Source: an uncultured bacterium (GTDB taxonomy: Bacteria > Planctomycetota > UBA1135 > UBA2386). From it: DNA of 64,000 bases. The position numbers and the translations under genes were made by a program. This document shows, piece by piece, positions 58,036 through 64,000 of this stretch. The DNA lies in contig CALCZA010000054.1 of assembly GCA_937906475.1 (NCBI GenBank), forward strand, positions 29,810-93,809. The letters are read 5' to 3'. Each line of letters opens with the position of its first letter. The stretch's first letter is position 1. A model generated the notes under the pieces. It saw nothing but the letters and a program-made list of their open reading frames with translations, ran no database searches and was not told the origin of the DNA.

Positions 58036-58122
58036 CCTCGCCCCTTCACCGTGGGGTGGTCCTACGGAGGAGAAGTAGTCCTTTGTTCCAACGGCTGACC
58101 GAACTGCGGTAGCCACAGCATC

Positions 58123-58563
58123 ATGCCAAAGCCGACGAAGCCCGACCTGGCCAAATACCGGAAAGTCCTGAAGCAGCAACTCGCAACCTTGAAGGGCGAT
58201 GTTGGCTCAATGCGTGACGAGGCGCTGCGCGCGTCCGATCAGGATGCCTCAGTCGACCACTTGGCCGACCAGGGCACCGACAACTACGACCAAGGCTTTA
58301 TGCTCGGGTTGATCGAGAACGAGGAAGAAACGATCAAACTCATCGAGGAAGCCGTCGACCGCATCGATGGTGAGGGCGACTGGGAATACGGTCAGTGCCC
58401 ACTGTGCATCGAGTCGGCGCAAGAAGCGGCGGCCAAGGCTGGCAAGAAGTCGGCCAAGAAAGGCGACTCCTGGATCCTGAAGGCACGCCTCGAGTACTTG
58501 CCTTGGGCTCGATACTGCGTCAAGCATCAAGAAACCGAAGAGCGCAACCGCGAAAGCGCGTGA
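58123..58563 (+). CDS. dksA: DksA/TraR family transcription factor
   Basis: Coiled coil with HLADQGTD, AVDRI..YGQCPLC, RLEYLPWARYCVKH. Confidence 0.85.
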   Translation: MPKPTKPDLAKYRKVLKQQLATLKGDVGSMRDEALRASDQDASVDHLADQGTDNYDQGFMLGLIENEEETIKLIEEAVDRIDGEGDWEYGQCPLCIESAQEAAAKAGKKSAKKGDSWILKARLEYLPWARYCVKHQETEERNRESA

Positions 58564-59201
58564 GTGCTGCCGCCAAGACCTCGGACGGCAGGGAAGTCGG
58601 TGTCACTTCGACGCCGGTTCCCGAACCGAAGGGATTTGGCGGCAAGCTACTGTTCTGGGTGCCGTGGCCGATCCTGGTCGCAGTCGACTTGTGGAGCAAA
58701 CACGCTGTGTTTGCCTTCATGGCCGAGCGCCATCCTGCCTCCATCGAAGTGAATAGGCCTGGCTACGAGGTGTTTTCCGGCGCGGTCAGCCTTGACCTCG
58801 TGACCTGGGGGAACACCGGCACGATCTGGGGACTGTTCCAGGATGGCACAGCCGTGTTGATGGTGCTGCGTTGCATCGCGCTGATCGGCCTGTTGTGGTT
58901 CGTGCGCACGACGTCGCGCAGTGCCCGCCTGCAACTGACCGTGCTGAGCCTCGTCTTCGCCGGTGCCGTCGGCAACCTCTACGATAACTTTGTCCGGGCG
59001 GATCGCTCGGTGCGTGACTTCCTGCACTTTACGGGTTCTTGGCCGTGGGGATGGGAGTTCCCGGCCTTCAACGTGGCTGACTCGTGCATCACGGTCGGAG
59101 CCATTGGCCTGTTCGTGCTGATGTGGCGGGAGGATCATCGGCAGAAGGATCCGGACAGCCCCTCAAAAGCCACCCCTGCCAACGAAGCGAAGGTATCCTA
59201 A
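58560..59201 (+). CDS. lspA: Lipoprotein signal peptidase II
   Basis: DLWSK, NTG, GAVGNLYD, VRDF, PAFNVADSCI. Confidence 0.92.
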   Translation: MSAAAKTSDGREVGVTSTPVPEPKGFGGKLLFWVPWPILVAVDLWSKHAVFAFMAERHPASIEVNRPGYEVFSGAVSLDLVTWGNTGTIWGLFQDGTAVLMVLRCIALIGLLWFVRTTSRSARLQLTVLSLVFAGAVGNLYDNFVRADRSVRDFLHFTGSWPWGWEFPAFNVADSCITVGAIGLFVLMWREDHRQKDPDSPSKATPANEAKVS

Positions 59202-59248
59202 GAGTTCGCCCCGATCGCTCCGGTTGCGACCCTCCATTATCCGATCGA

Positions 59249-60220
59249 ATGACTGTGCTCGAAACCAACCTTGCAGGCCTCGAACTCGATAACCCGGTGC
59301 TCAGCGCCTCGGGCACGTTCGGGTCCGGCTGGGAAGGGCGGCAGTTTTCGGATCTCTCTACGGTTGGCGGCCTGGTTAGCAAGACGGTGACCCTCAAGCC
59401 GCGCCCTGGTAACCCGCCGCCACGGATTCTTGAGACGCCTTCGGGCATGCTGAACGCGATTGGGCTCGAGAATAAGGGCTCCGAAGTGTTCCTGCGCGAC
59501 TCCTTGCCGCGCATGCAAGAGTTGGCCGAGAGTGGCCAGAAAGACGGCAAGCGCGGCCCACGCGTCATCGTCAATCTCGGTGGTAGCACCGCTGAGTTGG
59601 TCGAGTTGACCAAGCGCTTCTGCGCTGCCGGTGTCGACGCCCTTGAGATCAACTTGTCGTGTCCGAACGTCGCCCACGGGACCCGTTCGTCGACGGACCC
59701 GGCTTTGACCGAAGAAGTCATCGCAGCGGTCAAGTCGGTGGCGACGGTGCCAGTGTTCGCCAAGTTGACCCCGAACATCACCGACGTCGTGCCGATCGCT
59801 GTCGCCGCGCATCGCGGTGGTGCCGACGCCGTGACGTTGATCAATACGCTGGTTGGCATGGCCGTCGATTGGCGGCGCAAGAAGCCAGTGTTGGGCAACA
59901 CCACCGGCGGCCTGTCCGGTCCGGCGATCAAGCCAGTCGCGTTGCGCATTGTCTACCAGGTTCGTGCTGCGTTGCCCGACCTGCCGATCGTCGCAGTGGG
60001 GGGCGCGCACTCGGCCGAGTGTGTTCTGGAGTTTGTTTGCGCGGGTGCCAGTGCGGTGCAGTTTGGCACGTCGCTGTTCTCCGATCCGACGTTGATGGTG
60101 CGCGTGGTCAACGATCTGCGCGATCATCTAGGTGAAGCGGACACGAGCATCCATGAACTGCGCAGCGCCATGCACGAGAGCGCAGCGCGCATCAGCACCC
60201 CCGGAGGCGCCTCCCGATGA
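59249..60220 (+). CDS. pyrD: Dihydroorotate dehydrogenase, family 1B catalytic subunit
   Basis: SASGTFG, NAIGLEN, EINLSCPN, AKLTPN, INT, GGLSGPAIKP. Confidence 0.95.
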   Translation: MTVLETNLAGLELDNPVLSASGTFGSGWEGRQFSDLSTVGGLVSKTVTLKPRPGNPPPRILETPSGMLNAIGLENKGSEVFLRDSLPRMQELAESGQKDGKRGPRVIVNLGGSTAELVELTKRFCAAGVDALEINLSCPNVAHGTRSSTDPALTEEVIAAVKSVATVPVFAKLTPNITDVVPIAVAAHRGGADAVTLINTLVGMAVDWRRKKPVLGNTTGGLSGPAIKPVALRIVYQVRAALPDLPIVAVGGAHSAECVLEFVCAGASAVQFGTSLFSDPTLMVRVVNDLRDHLGEADTSIHELRSAMHESAARISTPGGASR

Positions 60221-61098
60221 GACTGTCGGCGTTGACGGAGCAGATTGTCGACCAAGCCGTGTCGATCTATCAAGACCTGGCCTATGGCTCGGTCGTGCCA
60301 AAGAAGCGCGCGCAACCTGCTGGTGATGGTGATGGCGTGCTCGGCATGTTCCATAAGGAGCACGTCGAAACGGTGCCTGGCCACACTTGCAGTCGCTACA
60401 GCATGCGACTTGGCAACCGCAACTACCCGTTCATGAAGCTCCTGCTGCAGGAACATCTGATCGCGGGCGAGTTCTTCTTCGGAGTCGACACCCATGACCA
60501 GATGGATATCGGCCCGGGATTTCCCGACTACGAGCAGTGGCTGGCGGTGCGCAAGTTCAACGGCGAGTTGAAGCGACGCATCGAAGAGAGCTTCGAATAC
60601 GCCGGCTTGGACACCGCCGCGGTGGTGCGCCGATTGGTCGTCGAGTCGTGTGGCGACCAGGGCAAGCCATGCCGTGGGTTGGTGCTGATCGTCGATGACG
60701 AAGAAGACCTGGCCGCCGCCGTCGAAATACTGATGAAGCGCAGCGGCTTCCGCACCTGCACCGTGCACGATGGCAAGAGCGGCATCGTCGCTACCCGGGA
60801 ATTGATGCCGGATCTCGTGCTGCTCGACTACGAACTGCCAGAACTTGATGGCCTCAAGGTCATTGAGCAGTTGCGCGCCGACGAATTGACGCGCGATATC
60901 CCGATCCTGCTCAACAGCTCCGCGCGCATGAGTATGGCCAATATCCAAAAAGCGGACGGCTTCCTCAGCAAGCCGTTCCCCGAGAGCTTGCTCAACGAGA
61001 TGATCGATCGCGTGCTCAGTAAGCGCAATCGATCCCGCGATGGTCATACGGCCCCTACTTCCGCCACGAGCGGTGACGGTGGAGGGTCTGCGTTGTGA
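60217..61098 (+). CDS. Unknown N-terminal domain fused to a receiver domain
   Basis: C-terminal REC: IVDDE, PDLVLLDYELPELDG, FLSKPF. Confidence 0.88.
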   Translation: MRLSALTEQIVDQAVSIYQDLAYGSVVPKKRAQPAGDGDGVLGMFHKEHVETVPGHTCSRYSMRLGNRNYPFMKLLLQEHLIAGEFFFGVDTHDQMDIGPGFPDYEQWLAVRKFNGELKRRIEESFEYAGLDTAAVVRRLVVESCGDQGKPCRGLVLIVDDEEDLAAAVEILMKRSGFRTCTVHDGKSGIVATRELMPDLVLLDYELPELDGLKVIEQLRADELTRDIPILLNSSARMSMANIQKADGFLSKPFPESLLNEMIDRVLSKRNRSRDGHTAPTSATSGDGGGSAL

Positions 61099-61394
61099 GC
61101 GAACGCCAAAAGAACGTGTCATCCCCGCGGGCCACCGGCTTTGTGTCGGCGGTGTTGTTGGTGGTGCTACTGGCAACCAGTGGCTGGCCGTGCGGAGCGC
61201 ATGCGCTGGTCGACAACACCTACGTCACTAGTTGTGAGAGTAGTCAGACCGAAGTCGGTCGTGTGGTTGCCGGCAGCCTGCCGTGTGCTGTGCATGAAGT
61301 GGTGCGCGAGGCGGTCCAGTTGCCGCGCGTCCGATCGCGTGCGCAGCGAGTTGATAGCTGGGGCTTGCCGCCAGCGCGTGCACCGACCGCCTAG
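61095..61394 (+). CDS. Small exported protein upstream of secA; candidate translation-arrest (monitoring) peptide
   Basis: GTGA overlap with the previous stop, signal peptide ending AHA, C-terminus WGLPPARAPTA. Confidence 0.65.
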   Translation: MSERQKNVSSPRATGFVSAVLLVVLLATSGWPCGAHALVDNTYVTSCESSQTEVGRVVAGSLPCAVHEVVREAVQLPRVRSRAQRVDSWGLPPARAPTA

Positions 61395-61546
61395 CCGCAG
61401 AGTCGTGCATTCCTTCGCTCTATTTTCGGGGGCCGACCAGCGTCGGCTCTTGGGAGCGAACCCCTCTGGATCGCCGTGCTGCGCGCGATCAGGCATCGGC
61501 TTCCTAGAGACGCTGCTGCTAGCTCCCACAAACACATCCGTCTGAT

Positions 61547-64000
61547 ATGAAATTTGATTTTGGCTCTATCCCGACCCGCATTGGCAAAGCCTTGCAGGGT
61601 GTCTTTGGCTCCGCCAACAAGCGCGCGCTGACTCAATACAACTCGATCATCAAAGCAGTCAACGGTCTCACAGAGTGGGCCGAGGGCCTGTCGCAAGAAG
61701 AGATCCAAGGCGAAGTCGTCGAGATGAAGAAGTTGGTGCAGGAGGAGGCGCTGACGCTCGACGATGCGATGCCAAAGATGTTCGCTCTGACGCGTGAGGC
61801 CGCGGGCCGCGCGATGGGCATGCGTCACTTCGACGTGCAGTTGCTCGGGGGCGCCGTCTTGCACCTCGGCAAGATCGCTGAGATGTCGACTGGTGAAGGC
61901 AAAACGCTGGTCGCGACGCTGGCGGCATCGCTCAACGCACTGAGCGGTAAGGGTGTTTTCGTCGTCACGGTCAACGACTACTTGGCCAAACGTGACCGCG
62001 ACTGGATGGCGCCGGTCTACGAATACCTCGGCCTGAAGGTCGGCGCGGTGCAAGGCAACATGCCGCCGCACTCGCGCCAAGAGCAATACAACTGCGACAT
62101 CACCTACGGTACGAACAACGAGTTTGGCTTCGACTACCTGCGTGACAACATGAAGTGGAAGGCCGAGGAGCAGGTGCAGAAGGACCTGAACTTCGCCATT
62201 GTCGATGAAGTCGACTCGATCCTTGTCGATGAAGCGCGGACGCCCCTGATCATCTCCGGCGAAGGCGAGGGCACGACCGATCGTTTTGTCATGGCTGACC
62301 GCATCGCGCGTCAACTGAAGGTTGACGAGCACTTCGAAGTCAAACTCAAGGAGCAGCAGTGCGTGCTCAGCGAGGACGGCATTGCTCGCGCCGAGAAACT
62401 TGTTGGCGTCGACAGCTTCTACAGCGATCCGGCACACATGGAGTGGCCGCACCTGCTCGAGACGGCGCTGCGGGCGCACCACATCTACGAGAAGGATAAG
62501 AACTACGTCGTCGTCGAGGGCAAGAACCCGGAAGGGCAACCGCAACCGCCGGAAGTCGTCATCGTCGATGAGTTCACCGGTCGTCTGATGCCGGGACGTC
62601 GTTGGAGTGACGGCCTGCACCAGTGTGTCGAGGCTAAGGAAGGCCTGCCGCCGCGTGAGGAGAACCGCACGCTGGCTACGATCACGCTGCAGAACTACTT
62701 CCGGATGTTCGACAAGTTGGCCGGCATGACCGGCACGGCAATGACTGAAGCGGCCGAGTTCTCGCGCATCTACGACTTGGATGTCGTGCAGGTGCCGTGC
62801 AACCGTCCGAACACGCGTGTCGACATCAACGACCAGATCTTCCTCGATGAGAAGAGCAAACTCGATGCGATCGTCGATGAGATCAACGCCGAGTGTAAGG
62901 GTGGTCGTCCCGTGCTGCTCGGCACGACGTCGATCGCCAAATCGGAGAGCATCTCCGAAGCACTGAAGGCTGGCGGCATCAAGCACAACGTGCTCAACGC
63001 TAAGCAGCACGAACGCGAAGCTGAGATCATCACCCAGGCTGGCCGTAAGGGTGCCGTCACCGTGGCGACCAACATGGCTGGTCGTGGCACCGACATCGTG
63101 CTCGGCGGTAAGCCCGATGCACTGTGGGAAGCGCAGTGCAAGCAGAAGGGGCTCGAAGCCGACTCGGCCGAAGCCAAGCAGTTGCTCGAAGAACTGTTGG
63201 TTCAGTGCAAGGCGGAACAGCTTGAGGTGCTAGACCTTGGCGGCCTCTACGTGCTCGGCACCGAGCGCCACGAAGCGCGCCGTATTGACAACCAGTTGCG
63301 CGGCCGTTGTGGCCGTCAAGGCGACCCGGGTCAGACGAAGTTCTTCCTGAGCTTCGATGACGACCTGATGCGCATCTTCGCGCGCGATTGGGTTCGCACG
63401 ATGATGGAGCGCATGGGCCTGAAGTCCGGCGAAGTTATCGATAGTCCGATGGTGACGCGCGGTATCGCCAAGGCCCAGAAGAAGGTCGAAGCGCGCAACT
63501 TCGACATGCGCAAGCACCTCATCGAATACGACGAGGTGATGGATAAGCAGCGCAAGTTTATCTACACGCAGCGCCAGGACGCGCTCGAGTTCAAGGGGCT
63601 ACGCGACAAGATCCTCGGCATGTTCGAGGAGGCGCTCGAGCCAATTGTCAGCACCTATTCGGCCGACAAGGACAAGCCGATCGACTACGAGGAGATCCGC
63701 AAGTGGATCTACCACCGTGTTGACGACGGCTTGGACTTGACCGGCTTGGAAGAGGCGCCACGCGCAACGGTGTTCCAGTGGATCATGGATCGCGTCGAGA
63801 AGCTTCACGACGTGCGCGCCGAACTCTACGGCGACGATTGGGACGACGTGCAGCGCTTCTTGATCCTCGAGACCATCGACAACAAGTGGAAAGACCACCT
63901 GTATGCGATGGACGTGCTCAAGCAGGGTGTCGGCCTGCGCAGCTACGCGCAGGTTGATCCGAAGAACGAGTACAAGAAGGAAGGCTTTGAGAAGTTCGGC
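61547..64000 (+). CDS. secA: Preprotein translocase ATPase SecA (3' end outside the window)
   Basis: ATG at 61547; RHFDVQ, EMSTGEGKTL, TVNDYLA, FAIVDEVDSILVDEARTPLIISG, ATNMAGRGTDI, RRIDNQLRGR. Confidence 0.98.
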   Translation, partial: MKFDFGSIPTRIGKALQGVFGSANKRALTQYNSIIKAVNGLTEWAEGLSQEEIQGEVVEMKKLVQEEALTLDDAMPKMFALTREAAGRAMGMRHFDVQLLGGAVLHLGKIAEMSTGEGKTLVATLAASLNALSGKGVFVVTVNDYLAKRDRDWMAPVYEYLGLKVGAVQGNMPPHSRQEQYNCDITYGTNNEFGFDYLRDNMKWKAEEQVQKDLNFAIVDEVDSILVDEARTPLIISGEGEGTTDRFVMADRIARQLKVDEHFEVKLKEQQCVLSEDGIARAEKLVGVDSFYSDPAHMEWPHLLETALRAHHIYEKDKNYVVVEGKNPEGQPQPPEVVIVDEFTGRLMPGRRWSDGLHQCVEAKEGLPPREENRTLATITLQNYFRMFDKLAGMTGTAMTEAAEFSRIYDLDVVQVPCNRPNTRVDINDQIFLDEKSKLDAIVDEINAECKGGRPVLLGTTSIAKSESISEALKAGGIKHNVLNAKQHEREAEIITQAGRKGAVTVATNMAGRGTDIVLGGKPDALWEAQCKQKGLEADSAEAKQLLEELLVQCKAEQLEVLDLGGLYVLGTERHEARRIDNQLRGRCGRQGDPGQTKFFLSFDDDLMRIFARDWVRTMMERMGLKSGEVIDSPMVTRGIAKAQKKVEARNFDMRKHLIEYDEVMDKQRKFIYTQRQDALEFKGLRDKILGMFEEALEPIVSTYSADKDKPIDYEEIRKWIYHRVDDGLDLTGLEEAPRATVFQWIMDRVEKLHDVRAELYGDDWDDVQRFLILETIDNKWKDHLYAMDVLKQGVGLRSYAQVDPKNEYKKEGFEKFG

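Noticed and set aside
61391-63010. 539-aa minus-strand ORF
   Set aside because: Antisense shadow of secA, which is missing from the ORF track only because its stop lies outside the window

Overview
GC-rich bacterial core-genome window, most likely from an uncultured Planctomycetota lineage. That assignment is inferred from the gene families and gene order: coaE next to a rho homologue, dksA-lspA, DUF1570-like, HEAT-VWA and squalene-cyclase-repeat proteins. Contents: a glycosyltransferase cluster (3.0-10.5 kb); coaE followed by a full-length Rho homologue that has lost its ATPase motifs; a coiled-coil/BRCT membrane protein; a tatC-cinA-Ser/Thr kinase-lipoprotein-PP2C-pilC-histidine kinase run with a convergent diguanylate cyclase; rpsB-tsf-pyrH-frr, tRNA-Lys, dusB, tRNA-Leu, smpB and tmRNA; several large secreted proteins; an array of YfhO/GT-C membrane glycosyltransferases; xerD; and dksA-lspA-pyrD-response regulator-small ORF-secA, with secA running off the right edge. 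No CRISPR array, rRNA, transposase or prophage was seen. The best leads are (1) the apparently catalytically dead pseudo-Rho, (2) a signal-peptide uORF ending in LPPARAPTA directly upstream of secA (candidate SecM-like arrest peptide), and (3) a shared unnamed ~110-aa domain in two secreted proteins. All calls come from motif recognition by eye; no database searches were run and start codons are best guesses.
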